Source of the DNA: a virus
Length of the DNA: 64,000 bases
Virus record (IMG/VR): IMGVR_UViG_3300042474_001633
Location: 96,283 to 160,282 of that record
Reading direction: 5' to 3' (one strand)
Program-made: the position numbers and the translations under genes
Part shown: piece after piece, positions 29,803 through 39,135 of the stretch
How the letters are laid out: each line of letters opens with the position of its first letter
Numbering within the stretch: position 1 is the stretch's first letter
Notes under the pieces: generated by a model
Database searches by the model: none
What the model was told of the DNA's origin: nothing
What the model saw: only the letters and a program-made list of their open reading frames with translations

Positions 29803-29976
29803 ATGCCAACGGACGACAACCGAACATACGAACAGATAGCAACCGAGACTTGCGAGTTGATTTGCGCTCTACAAGACGCTGTTGGGGTTCTTTTCCCTTG
29901 GCGTATGTATGACTGCGACAAGATAACTGTATCCAACGACACCATCAAGTTGCTTCTCGAAGCCATCAAGGACTGA
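29803..29976 (+). CDS. 57-aa hypothetical protein (not in the ORF track)
   Basis: GAGAGG SD; MPTDDNRTYEQIATETCEL... Confidence 0.45.
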   Translation: MPTDDNRTYEQIATETCELICALQDAVGVLFPWRMYDCDKITVSNDTIKLLLEAIKD

Positions 29977-30123
29977 ACCTGCTCGACCGGACATCCGGTT
30001 TTGTAATCCAGCGGGGCTGGCAAGTCCCTGCCTGAGTTCTTCTTTTGACGGTGGCGGATGACGGGCAAAAAAATAAGGGGCGCACCTGCCTTTCAGCAAG
30101 TGCGCCCCTTTGGGGGTTGGCTA

Positions 30124-30516
30124 TCAGTAAGCGAGTGTGCGAGTGAGCAAATCTTTTACTAGGGCGTTGTTATCAACCCAGTGGTCAATGTTGCGAACTA
30201 CCTGAGCCTCAAACTCGGCAAACGACTTATCGCCATAGCGCCCAACTGGGTTGGTGTGGATTACCTGCGCTGGATACTCAGGGTTGAATACCTCAAACGC
30301 AGTGACGGTGAACCCTACGCTCGGTTGCCATACGACACGGCGTATCGTTGCTTCGTACTGCTTGCGCTTGGAGTTGTGGCTGAACTCAAGTTCTACCTGC
30401 TCACCCCATAGGTCTGTCTCGCCCATGCGCTGAATGTTCAGGTCTTGCGACTGCCAGACATAAGTAACCTTTCGGTCACGCTCTTGGCGCTTCGCTCGTG
30501 GGAATACTGTAATCAC
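30124..30516 (-). CDS. Hypothetical early protein
   Basis: AAGGAG SD; TTGACA-N18-TACACT promoter. Confidence 0.7.
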   Translation of the reverse strand: MITVFPRAKRQERDRKVTYVWQSQDLNIQRMGETDLWGEQVELEFSHNSKRKQYEATIRRVVWQPSVGFTVTAFEVFNPEYPAQVIHTNPVGRYGDKSFAEFEAQVVRNIDHWVDNNALVKDLLTRTLAY

Positions 30517-30780
30517 TTGCTCTCCTTTTCTAGTAGGTGAGGTAAGTGTACCTGCTATGGCATACGACTGTCAAGTTGTTGCGCTGGTCGTGCGTCACAC
30601 ACGGCTGGCGAGGCGAGTTGGCTGCGAAGGTCGCACCTGACGACGGCTGCGGCGACGGGGACATCACTCGGCGGCCCCGCGCCCGCCGACCAACCCGCGT
30701 TCTTCTTCTACCCGACGGTGGTGGATGAATAGAAAAAGCCCCCACCCACATTTCTGCGGATGGGGGCTAGTTCGTGGGGA

Positions 30781-31191
30781 TTACTTTGTAGCGAACGCAC
30801 CTTCGTATCGGTGTTCACCAATAAAAGAGATGGCTTTGTCGCCCTCTATCTTGTAAGCGAAGATGGCTTTGTCGCCAAGTACATAGACATACTCTGCCCA
30901 TGCGAACTCGGTGTCACTCTGCGTGAACCACTTTACTGATGTTATGTCGTTGTGTGCTTCGCCATACCCTTCCACTACCTTCCACTCGGTTTCACGAGTT
31001 TCGTAGTTCGGGTCAATGACAGACCATGAAAGGTTGTCGTGGAGAAGTGTCTGTCGGACTTTCTCTACGCCGTCACGGATTACGAGTTCCGTGAGTTGGG
31101 GTATCTTGACTGATGGGTAGCCATCCCAATGAGAGTAGCGACCACGCCACCCATCACCGAACGGTTCAGCGATAATGCTACGAGTTGCCAT
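30781..31191 (-). CDS. Hypothetical phage protein (MATRS...HWDGYP type)
   Basis: MATRSII...YSHWDGYP...EYVY motif recurrent in phage early regions. Confidence 0.7.
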   Translation of the reverse strand: MATRSIIAEPFGDGWRGRYSHWDGYPSVKIPQLTELVIRDGVEKVRQTLLHDNLSWSVIDPNYETRETEWKVVEGYGEAHNDITSVKWFTQSDTEFAWAEYVYVLGDKAIFAYKIEGDKAISFIGEHRYEGAFATK

Positions 31192-31327
31192 TTGCTACTA
31201 CCTCGCCTTCGGTTTCCCATTTGGATACTTCTTCCATGACATCATTGAGCGATTTCATAACAGCGATAATCCTGTCAAATAAATAGTCTTTGATGTCTTT
31301 GCTTACGACAACCTTACGAGTTTCCAT
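31178..31327 (-). CDS. 49-aa hypothetical protein (not in the ORF track)
   Basis: Fills the gap and overlaps both neighbours; METRKVVVSKDIKD... Confidence 0.5.
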   Translation of the reverse strand: METRKVVVSKDIKDYLFDRIIAVMKSLNDVMEEVSKWETEGEVVANGNS

Positions 31328-31547
31328 TTGTTACCACCTTGTCTGATGATGTGTCCCATACGGACACGGGGATTTCTTCGTAACTGTCCAAGCCCTCAAT
31401 GAGCGAGAGAGTAGAACCGCAGTCCCAAGTGACTGATAAGACGGTTGCGCCCCAAAAGTCCACAGATTTATTGGTGACAGTTCCCTCGTCGCCCGCTTTC
31501 AGGCGGGTGTACGGGTCATCCGTTGAGATTAGACGAATACGCATCAC
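31314..31547 (-). CDS. DUF4314-like small protein
   Basis: RIRLI.TDDPY..L..GDEGTV...V.WD.GSTLSLI. Confidence 0.65.
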   Translation of the reverse strand: MMRIRLISTDDPYTRLKAGDEGTVTNKSVDFWGATVLSVTWDCGSTLSLIEGLDSYEEIPVSVWDTSSDKVVTNGNS

Positions 31548-31762
31548 AGACCTTTGAGAAGTTCTGCTGGCTTTACGCCTACGGCTTCACACAAACGGAA
31601 CAAGGTGTCAAGGTTTGGTGCGAAGTGTCCGTTCTCAATGCGGTTCACGGTCTTGCGGTCAATGCCTGACGCTTTTGCGAGTTCCTCTTGCGTTAGTTCG
31701 TTTTCCAGTCGCAGTTCGTACAAACGCTCTGCGACTATTTTTTCTTTCTTTGTCTTTGTCAT
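31544..31762 (-). CDS. XRE-family HTH regulator
   Basis: LTQEELAKASGIDRKTVNRIENG...PNLDTL. Confidence 0.88.
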   Translation of the reverse strand: MTKTKKEKIVAERLYELRLENELTQEELAKASGIDRKTVNRIENGHFAPNLDTLFRLCEAVGVKPAELLKGL

Positions 31763-31802
31763 TTTCTTTCCTTTTTTGTTTGGTTGGTTATTGGTATTAC
31801 AT

Positions 31803-32378
31803 CTAACAGATAGAGAAGCCACCGCAAGTTTTTAGAAAGCGAGCGAAAGCACGAATGTTTTCTACATCTATTGAGTAGTTGGCAGAGCGTGGTTCTGTCT
31901 CACCCTTGCCACTACAGCCATTACAGGTCTGTGAGATTTCTGTCTCATTTTCCTCAATGGGCAACTTGGTGTATTTAGGAAGTTTTTGACCGTCCCCAAA
32001 TACATCTGCCATAAAGTCGTAGTCGTAAGGGTTACGAGTTTTCCCAGTTTCTTTGTTTTTGTACCACAAGCGCATACCTGTTGCCATACAATGTAAGCAC
32101 TTGCGCTTTGGCAGAGAGTTGATGTGGTCGTTACGCTCTTTGACATACTTATCTGCCGTACCGTCTTTTAGGCTTTTGTAAAGACGCTTGGAGAGTTCTT
32201 CGCTGTCCAATGCGTCAAGTCCGTCACCATCATTGGAGTAAGCGTATTTTACTTTTTTACAGATTTCGGGTGAGATAGTAGAGCAGTAATCCCACAGAGG
32301 CGACCACCACCACACATTGTTGCGGAAGTATCCGCCTTTTTCATCTGTTGGGTTTTTACCCATTACATCCATGCCCAT
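31803..32378 (-). CDS. Hypothetical protein with a DnaJ-type Zn-finger insert
   Basis: MGMDV...YFRNNVWWW..LW; CLHCMATG and CNGCSGKG; ends GGFSIC. Confidence 0.7.
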   Translation of the reverse strand: MGMDVMGKNPTDEKGGYFRNNVWWWSPLWDYCSTISPEICKKVKYAYSNDGDGLDALDSEELSKRLYKSLKDGTADKYVKERNDHINSLPKRKCLHCMATGMRLWYKNKETGKTRNPYDYDFMADVFGDGQKLPKYTKLPIEENETEISQTCNGCSGKGETEPRSANYSIDVENIRAFARFLKTCGGFSIC

Positions 32379-32637
32379 TGACTGTCTCCTTTCATGTACC
32401 ATAAAGATAGCGTCGTGTACCATAAAACGCAAGTCCTATTCATGTGTCTTTTGACACGGATGAAAAGAGGGGTTGAGATAATTTCTCCTACGCAGATAGT
32501 GCTAATTCGGCAACCCAGAACCCAACGGGGCTCGCACGCAGCAAGGAAAGTTCTTCTGGCGACGGTGGGGCATGAGTTTCGTTCAGCACAGAAATCAAAT
32601 GCTTGACTTTTCTAAATGACTTGACTACATTACATCT

Positions 32638-32922
32638 ATGCGTACTTATCACTATTACGAGGTTCGCTCAATGGTTCGTTTCGTGTTTTGGGGAACGGTG
32701 GCATTGGGTTCGTTTCTGTTGGTCAAGAGTTCGGTGGATAGTTGGGATAACTATTCCTGCGAGCCAACGCAGGTAGTCGTAGAACAGTACGACACGCTTT
32801 GGGCTATCGTTGAGCGAAACTGCGAAGGCTCAATACAAAGTGCCGTAGATGACCTAGTTGAGAAGCGTGGTACGGAACTCGTACGCATTGGTCAAGTAGT
32901 AGAACTAACAAGCAAGCCCTAG
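32638..32922 (+). CDS. Membrane-anchored LysM-like protein
   Basis: N-terminal TM segment; VVVEQYDTLWAI...IGQVV; leaderless promoter. Confidence 0.65.
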   Translation: MRTYHYYEVRSMVRFVFWGTVALGSFLLVKSSVDSWDNYSCEPTQVVVEQYDTLWAIVERNCEGSIQSAVDDLVEKRGTELVRIGQVVELTSKP

Positions 32923-32929
32923 GAGAGAA

Positions 32930-33091
32930 ATGATAACCAGCCCACCCGATTTGTCTGCCTGCGACAAGTGCGACAAGCCAACCCCGTTTAGACACGGACA
33001 CTACATTGGTGTTGTGTTCGGAGAAATAAGAGTATGTTCTGGGTGTCTCGCCAAAATGACAGAACACCCTTGCGTTAGCGATAAACGCTAA
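32930..33091 (+). CDS. Small Zn-finger protein (not in the ORF track)
   Basis: AGGAG SD; CDKC...CSGC. Confidence 0.5.
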   Translation: MITSPPDLSACDKCDKPTPFRHGHYIGVVFGEIRVCSGCLAKMTEHPCVSDKR

Positions 33092-33141
33092 GTGTCGGTT
33101 TTTATCTGCGTTTTAGTAGTGATGTTGTTCCTGTTGTCTAA

Positions 33142-33333
33142 CTAGAACAGGGTTTCTTCCTGCCCTTTGGGTGGGCTTTCCACGCATACTCGGTGTGCGT
33201 AGCGATACAGAGGGTCGGTCTGCCTGACCCCACTCGTCTTTCCAACAGGTATCCAGCAAGTCACTTGATGGTATGTTCCCGCCCCTTTCGGGTCTATCTT
33301 GCCCCCGCAGACGACGCACGAGTAGAGGTTCAT
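33142..33333 (-). CDS. Small Zn-finger protein
   Basis: CVVC...HRVC; start adjusted. Confidence 0.55.
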   Translation of the reverse strand: MNLYSCVVCGGKIDPKGAGTYHQVTCWIPVGKTSGVRQTDPLYRYAHRVCVESPPKGQEETLF

Positions 33334-33482
33334 GGGTTCATCATACCGGGGCTGTCGGGTGAAGCGCAACTTCTTCTATCCGACGGTGGCGTATGACGAA
33401 CCACAAGCAAGTGGGTACAAACGAAAGGGGCGCACCTGCCTTTCGGCAAGTACGCCCCTATCGGAAGCGAGGTTGAGTTCGC

Positions 33483-33947
33483 TTAGTTATTCTTGGAAGT
33501 GAGTTTCGTGATAGCCGTAATCAAAGCGTCTGCGAGAGAACCTTTCGCCTTGCCTTCGTCGGTGATGATTTCATCTTCGTCAGAGAAGCCGAGTGCGCTT
33601 CCTGCTTCCAAGTCCTTGTTCACCAAGGTAATCAGGCGACAACGACGACGCTGTGGGTGCTGTGAAGGTTGGAGTTTGTTCTCTCGCTTTGCCTTCTTGT
33701 CATCGTCGTCTTGTATTGGCGCAGCCCAACCACAAGTCTCAACTCCGATACCGATTTCGTCTGCGTTTAGGGTCTTTCCCCCTGCGAGGTCAAGTGCGTC
33801 GTACACATCACCTGATGTGACAAGAACACGACTAAACCCTTCTGCCGAGATAGCGAAGATACGAGCCTTCTTCATCTCATAGGGGTCGTCGTGGTGTGTG
33901 GCTAGTTCGTGCCACACCTCTGTTGCTGTTTCTGTTAGTGGTTTCAT
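33483..33947 (-). CDS. Hypothetical early protein
   Basis: Own promoter and terminator; GWAAP...PSQHPQRRR motif. Confidence 0.7.
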   Translation of the reverse strand: MKPLTETATEVWHELATHHDDPYEMKKARIFAISAEGFSRVLVTSGDVYDALDLAGGKTLNADEIGIGVETCGWAAPIQDDDDKKAKRENKLQPSQHPQRRRCRLITLVNKDLEAGSALGFSDEDEIITDEGKAKGSLADALITAITKLTSKNN

Positions 33948-34279
33948 CTACCTTTCCCTTCTGTGTAGTGGTAGTAAGGTACAACCTACAAGGGGCAACT
34001 ATGGTCTGTCAAGTCATTTCATTGTGGTTTCCGACACTCGCTCGCAAGGCTCGCCTAACAAGTTATCTGTAAGGCGCACCTAACATTGTTAGCATTTGCG
34101 CTAACACCCAGACGACCTGAGTTCTTCTGGGACATCTGGGGACATCTGCCCGGGGCTGTCAGGTGTCCCCCATCTTCTACTTACCGACGGTGGCGTATGA
34201 GTGGGTACAAAGAAGAAGGGCGCACCCCCCTTTCGGAGAGTGCGCCCTGTTCTGGGGGTCGGGAAGTAGAAGGGTGAGA

Positions 34280-35293
34280 CTACCCAACCAACCCAGAAAT
34301 GTCATCAGGAACTTTGTTCTTGCCCAATGCGAACATGAGTGCCTGTGCTGAAACGCTGTATGATTTCGTGAGTTCGGCTATGAAGTTTTCTTTTGCTTCT
34401 TCATCATCACCTGTCATCACGGCTTCCATTTTTGCCATGAAGGTATCAAGGTCAAGTTCGCCTTTCTCAGACTTGTGAGTTATTGCTTGCCAGCACTCTT
34501 TCGTCACCTTCATCATAAATGACTTCCCCATGAACTCTGCCACTTGCTTTTTCATCTTCTTGGCTATCTTCTTGTCTTTGGGGCAGTCATCTGTGGCAAC
34601 CTGCCACACGGTAAGGAAGTTTGGAACTTTCTTCATGTTGAGAGAAGAAACATCTTCCGCCGTGAGGAGTGGGTTATCGGAGTTATTTATGGCTTCGCTT
34701 GCTTCGTTGAGGGTATCCCACGCTTGGCAATACTTCATAAACGCACCAAAGGTGTCTGCCACAAGACCCTGTGGCTTGTCATCTTCGCCACCGTCGCAAT
34801 AGGTGTAATCGGCTTCTTCGTACATAGGAAGTCCGTCATCACCGTACTTGTAGAAACAGGTAGCCGTGACTGCTTCGCCTGTGCTTGCGAACAGCGTTGC
34901 GATAATACCTTCGCACACATCAGTATCAGGCTTCTCGGCAAACTCTTTTTCCAGAGTTCCACGAGGTGCTGTTAGGTCTTGCTCGGTGATAGTGGCTCGT
35001 CGGGCAAAGCCTTCGGTGATAAACATAATCCACACAAAGTTGGTCATGCCTTCTTGGTGAAGGTCGCTCAACGCATAAGGAAGTTCATCAACAGGGTGAT
35101 TATCGCTTATGTCCAAATGAACAACAGCACCACCTATTGCCTTGTTGCCTTCGTCATCTTCTATGGGAACACCGACTACGAGGAAAGGTGATACATCAGA
35201 CGCACCCTTGTTCTCTCGGCACATTTCCGTCTTGTTGTGTTTGACCATTTCTACCGTCTGGGTAGCACAGCCAACTAACATTTCTTTTTTCAT
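34280..35293 (-). CDS. Hypothetical early protein
   Basis: TTGACT-N17-TACACT promoter, AAGGGG SD; start adjusted to MKKEML. Confidence 0.7.
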   Translation of the reverse strand: MKKEMLVGCATQTVEMVKHNKTEMCRENKGASDVSPFLVVGVPIEDDEGNKAIGGAVVHLDISDNHPVDELPYALSDLHQEGMTNFVWIMFITEGFARRATITEQDLTAPRGTLEKEFAEKPDTDVCEGIIATLFASTGEAVTATCFYKYGDDGLPMYEEADYTYCDGGEDDKPQGLVADTFGAFMKYCQAWDTLNEASEAINNSDNPLLTAEDVSSLNMKKVPNFLTVWQVATDDCPKDKKIAKKMKKQVAEFMGKSFMMKVTKECWQAITHKSEKGELDLDTFMAKMEAVMTGDDEEAKENFIAELTKSYSVSAQALMFALGKNKVPDDISGLVG

Positions 35294-35372
35294 TACATAA
35301 CCCCTTCTATTGGTTATTGGTTGTGTGTAGAGTGTAAGTAATAGGCATACAGAAGTCAAGTCACTTATTGTG

Positions 35373-35645
35373 TTATTCGTCACCTAGCCACTTCTCAACG
35401 GCTTCGTCGGTCATCAGGTTCGCTTCATCTTGCGCCACCTTCGCTTCCCACTCGGCTATGCCCTTATCGGTGTGTTTGCTCAACATCTTTGCTACTTCTA
35501 ACAGGTTCGCTATGTCCTGCTCTTTGTATTCGTACTCACGGCGCACAAGCGTCACAATACGGTCTGAAATGGCTTTGTGGACTTCGCACATCTGCTGAAA
35601 GGTCAGAGTGATAGTTCCTGTGTAGTTGCTTGGTTCATGTTCCAT
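35373..35645 (-). CDS. Hypothetical protein
   Basis: Start adjusted to MEHEPS. Confidence 0.55.
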   Translation of the reverse strand: MEHEPSNYTGTITLTFQQMCEVHKAISDRIVTLVRREYEYKEQDIANLLEVAKMLSKHTDKGIAEWEAKVAQDEANLMTDEAVEKWLGDE

Positions 35646-35680
35646 GCCTTCTTTACGCACAGTACGACTAGATGTGTGAT

Positions 35681-35716
35681 GTGCGAGATTTAGTACGAGA
35701 TTTAGTGCGAGATTTG
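35681..35716 (+). repeat. 12-bp tandem repeat x3 (GTRCGAGATTTR)
   Basis: GTGCGAGATTTA GTACGAGATTTA GTGCGAGATTTG. Confidence 0.7.
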
Positions 35717-35890
35717 GAGTTAGTCCGAACCAGATGACAACTGAGCCGTCGGTTGCTTGGAAGCCCCGACCCACGCCGCCGCCAAACGGGGCTCGCACTT
35801 GCCGACGGTGGTGTATGAAGGGCAGGGGGTTTAGCACTAAGTCACCGAGCGATAGTTGCCACACAAGTAGCGATTAGGTACAATAGGTAC

Positions 35891-36046
35891 ATGAGCAAGC
35901 GCAAGATACGAGCCACATGGTCTGACCAAGACCATCAGGCGTTCGCAGACGGGTTCAGGTTTCGTGCTGTGCGCTTCTTAGACCGACGCAAGCAAACTGC
36001 TAAGTACCTGTGTCGTGACCGTGTTTCACGCTTCCGTGACGAGTGA
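35891..36046 (+). CDS. 51-aa basic protein (leaderless, not in the ORF track)
   Basis: TTGCCA-N17-TACAAT-N6-ATG. Confidence 0.5.
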   Translation: MSKRKIRATWSDQDHQAFADGFRFRAVRFLDRRKQTAKYLCRDRVSRFRDE

Positions 36047-36134
36047 CGAAGTTCACACGCTAATACCTTGACATTGGGTAGTGCGCCCTGTACCTTACAT
36101 AGTGTCATACACACCTACAAGGAAGGGATAGCAA

Positions 36135-36554
36135 ATGACACTATCAGCAGAGCAAACAGCCCGACTGTTTCTGAACGCCCGACAAGCGTTTATGGAAGCA
36201 GAGAAGGCAAAGAAAGAAGCCGAAACGGAACTCCGTAAGGCTCTGGCAAGCGTCGGAGTGAACGAAGTAGTCGTAGATGGTCAGTCAGTCCAAATCGTAG
36301 ATGTTCTCACCGTCACCTACGACGCAGACAAGTTGGCACAGGTAGTCAAGCCCACCGTGTTCCGTAAGGTCACAAAGGCAGTCGTGGACAAGGACTTGAT
36401 GAAGTCGGCTCTCGCAGTCGGTCTTATTGACCAACTCACGGCAGACGAAGTTTCTACCGTCAAGCCGAGTTCACAGGTGCGTGTGTACGCACTCTCACCC
36501 GACGCTAAGAAGTCACAGGTGGCAAACACCACCACTTCCAAGAAGTCGGCGTAA
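36135..36554 (+). CDS. Hypothetical protein (weak Gam/host-nuclease-inhibitor-like architecture)
   Basis: N-terminal coiled coil, then K..VDK..K pattern; own TTGACA promoter. Confidence 0.6.
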   Translation: MTLSAEQTARLFLNARQAFMEAEKAKKEAETELRKALASVGVNEVVVDGQSVQIVDVLTVTYDADKLAQVVKPTVFRKVTKAVVDKDLMKSALAVGLIDQLTADEVSTVKPSSQVRVYALSPDAKKSQVANTTTSKKSA

Positions 36555-36678
36555 TCCCCAAGCAGGTAGTGACGCACTCTGGCTTTATTGTCAGGGTGCG
36601 TCACAATGCTTGACAAGTAATAAATGAATAACTACTATCGCAGTACCTACCAACTAACACTTACAAGGAGTAAGCGAA

Positions 36679-37416
36679 ATGACAAAGACAAAAGTAGTAA
36701 GTAATCTGCCGAAGTGCTGGCAGACAGTCCAAGACGCACTAGAAGCAGGAATAGACCGTGTAATCCTGTTCGGCACAGCAGGTGTCGGCAAGACCTACGC
36801 AGGTCTGAACTACGGCAAACTTGATGGTGGCGCACACCGTCTTATTTGTACCGACGAAATGACCAACGCAGATGTGACGGGTTGCTGGCAACCAACAGCG
36901 TCGGGTTCTTGGTCGTGGCTGGAAGGCGCAGGTATCAAAGCGTGGCAAGGCAACGGCAAAGTCGGTGGTCGTTTGGTCATTGACGAAATAGACAAGGCTG
37001 GTGGTGATGTGTTCGCAACACTTCTCGCCATTACCGACACGCCAGAGAGCGCACAATGGGAACACCCACAGACACACAAGGTAATCAAGCCATTAGAGGG
37101 CTTCTCCGTTGTGATGACTACCAATGTTGAGGACATGAACGAGTTGCCAATGGCACTCAAAGACCGTTTCCCCGTTGCTATTCGTATCAACGAGCCACAC
37201 CCCGAAGCACTCTTGCGTATGAGCGAGGACTTGCGTGACTACGCTCGTCAGATGTGTGACGCTGGTGAGCGTCGTATCTCGTTGCGTTCTTTCTACGCAT
37301 ACGACAAGTTGCGAACTTCACTAGGCGCAAAGAAATCGGCAGAAATCGTGTTCGGCAACCGAGCAAAGTCGTTCCTTGACGCTATCCAAGTGGACACAGG
37401 CAAAAAGGTTGTCTGA
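36679..37416 (+). CDS. MoxR/CbbQ-like AAA+ ATPase
   Basis: GTAGVGKT, VIDEIDKA, VMTTN and LPMALKDRF. Confidence 0.85.
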   Translation: MTKTKVVSNLPKCWQTVQDALEAGIDRVILFGTAGVGKTYAGLNYGKLDGGAHRLICTDEMTNADVTGCWQPTASGSWSWLEGAGIKAWQGNGKVGGRLVIDEIDKAGGDVFATLLAITDTPESAQWEHPQTHKVIKPLEGFSVVMTTNVEDMNELPMALKDRFPVAIRINEPHPEALLRMSEDLRDYARQMCDAGERRISLRSFYAYDKLRTSLGAKKSAEIVFGNRAKSFLDAIQVDTGKKVV

Positions 37417-39014
37417 TGTCCAAGAACGAAACAAATAACGGCTATCAAGTAGTGGGGGTCACAACCCCCACTCAGGTAGTTCCAGACGCAGAGATGTTGC
37501 GTCGTAATGACACCAACGCTGGTAAGTGGACTATCCACTCGTCTAGCGCACAGGCAGGTGAGCCAAAGACGGCAGTAGCAGAGCGTCAGATGTTCGTTCC
37601 AACTTATGATGACGAACACTCACGCCATGTGCGAGCGCACGAAATGTTCCACGCCAAAGTTTCACCAACTACGAAACAATGGGAAAAAATCTGGACTAAG
37701 CGAGAGTGGGCAGGCGAGCGAACACTTACGGCTTGCGAGGAGTTGCGAGTAAATACGCTTATGCGTGACGCTGGCTTTGAGCCACACCTACACTTACAAG
37801 ACGGTTCGGAAATGCGAAATGGTATCCAAATGGCTACGCATAACGACTTCCAAACAGCAGTCTTGGCGAGTATCTCGCTAGGCAACACGGCTGGATTAGA
37901 GCCGTTTCTGGCAGGTGTCGGACAGGTTCGCCCAGAGTGGGTAGATGTTCTTTCTAAAATCACGGAAAACGGCGTGAAGTTCTACAACTCTATTCGTGAA
38001 CGCAACGACAAGGCAGACAAAGAGGAACAAGAGTGGCGAAAAATCCCAGACCTTTCTGCCACAGGGAGTAAAGCACCCGAACACGGTTTCGGCTACACAG
38101 AGCAACTCGCTAAGTGGGTAGAAACAATGGTCGGTGCTATCGGAACGCCACCACCAAAGCCAGAAAAGACCAAAGAGGGCGCAGAGAGCAAGGGCGAGAA
38201 GTCTGGCGAGGGCAAGAAGTCCGACGAGGGCAAAAATGATGACGGTGACGGAAGTGAACTGTCTAAGTTGCTAAAAGCCATTTCCAAGTCGGGCAAGTAT
38301 CACCGAGAGGAACGACAGAGTTGGGGTCGTGGCACAGTACCTAATCGTGGCGCACCTGACAGTTGGGGAACGCTAAAAATCGGTACGCCACCATTGGTGC
38401 GTAATGTCATTGGTGCTATCGGCAAAAAGCGTATTGCGTCACCAACAGGTCGTAATCCACGCCGTATGTCTCGCCTACTGACAGACCCAGAGCGTCGTAT
38501 CTTTGACCGTATCGTGAAAGGTGAAGGTGGAGTGGTACTCGTAGATACGAGTGGCTCTATGTCTTTGTCGGCAGACGAAGTGAAACAAATCGTGCTTCAC
38601 GCACCGTCGGCTCTCGTAGCGCAATACTCTGGTGGTCGCTCATCACGCCCGAACCTGTATGTCATAGCGAACAAGGGCAAGATGTGTGAGAAACTTCCCA
38701 GCCCGAACGGTATGAACGAAGTGGACTTACCAGCGTTGCGTTGGGCAGTCAAGAGCAAGCAACGCCCAACTTCACCTGTCATCTGGGTTTCAGATGGTGG
38801 AGTGACGGGGAAGCGTGATACTTGGTGTACCGACTTGGTGATGGAAGTTATCAAGTTCTGTCAGAAAGAAAATGTCTTTGTCGTACCAACGCCAGCAGAC
38901 GCAATAGAACTTCTGAAAAAAATCCAACGCCGTGAAAAGGTCACAAGTGTTATTCCCGAACTATTGGCGAATACATACAAAGAAGTGACCAACCGAACTC
39001 TCGTCTTGCGATAG
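37416..39014 (+). CDS. HExxH metallopeptidase-like plus VWA domain protein
   Basis: RAHEMFH...EELRV; charged linker; VDTSGSM (MIDAS) and WVSDG. Confidence 0.8.
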   Translation: MSKNETNNGYQVVGVTTPTQVVPDAEMLRRNDTNAGKWTIHSSSAQAGEPKTAVAERQMFVPTYDDEHSRHVRAHEMFHAKVSPTTKQWEKIWTKREWAGERTLTACEELRVNTLMRDAGFEPHLHLQDGSEMRNGIQMATHNDFQTAVLASISLGNTAGLEPFLAGVGQVRPEWVDVLSKITENGVKFYNSIRERNDKADKEEQEWRKIPDLSATGSKAPEHGFGYTEQLAKWVETMVGAIGTPPPKPEKTKEGAESKGEKSGEGKKSDEGKNDDGDGSELSKLLKAISKSGKYHREERQSWGRGTVPNRGAPDSWGTLKIGTPPLVRNVIGAIGKKRIASPTGRNPRRMSRLLTDPERRIFDRIVKGEGGVVLVDTSGSMSLSADEVKQIVLHAPSALVAQYSGGRSSRPNLYVIANKGKMCEKLPSPNGMNEVDLPALRWAVKSKQRPTSPVIWVSDGGVTGKRDTWCTDLVMEVIKFCQKENVFVVPTPADAIELLKKIQRREKVTSVIPELLANTYKEVTNRTLVLR

Positions 39015-39024
39015 AGCCGAGATA

Positions 39025-39071
39025 GGGCTAGTCGGGGAAAACACGCTTACTCCCCCGACTAGCCCGAAAAA
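39025..39071. terminator. Hairpin/terminator after the AAA-VWA operon
   Basis: GGGCTAGTCGGGG...CCCCGACTAGCCC. Confidence 0.6.
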
Positions 39072-39135
39072 ACACGCAATAGGAAGCGATTACAGCCGAG
39101 TTAGCGAACGACTTGATACACAGATAGGGGCATAA

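Larger units (their letters stand above)
25570..34248 (-). terminator. Family of related minus-strand intrinsic terminators next to motif copies
   Basis: Hairpins at about 25570-25605, 27815-27853, 28579-28613, 29229-29255, 30075-30110, 30737-30768, 33426-33459 and 34217-34248. Example on the minus strand: GGGGCGUACUUGCC-GAAA-GGCAGGUGCGCCCC-UUUC, with G.U pairs. Confidence 0.75.

Noticed and set aside
25312-30751. Short ORFs spanning the linkers (e.g. 25312-25548, 26054-26283, 28370-28588, 30530-30751)
   Set aside because: GC-rich linker translations that end in or cross the motif (DGGG*, HPPPS, IRHRQK); no SD or promoter support
25500-35818. Classical integron (attC) array
   Set aside because: No integrase in the window, no consistent RYYYAAC/GTTRRRY ends, and cassettes have their own promoters; kept only as an analogy
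38241-38255. GACGGTGACGGAAGT as an additional motif copy
   Set aside because: Several mismatches, lies in a low-complexity coding linker (DGDGS) and has no CGGGGCT partner
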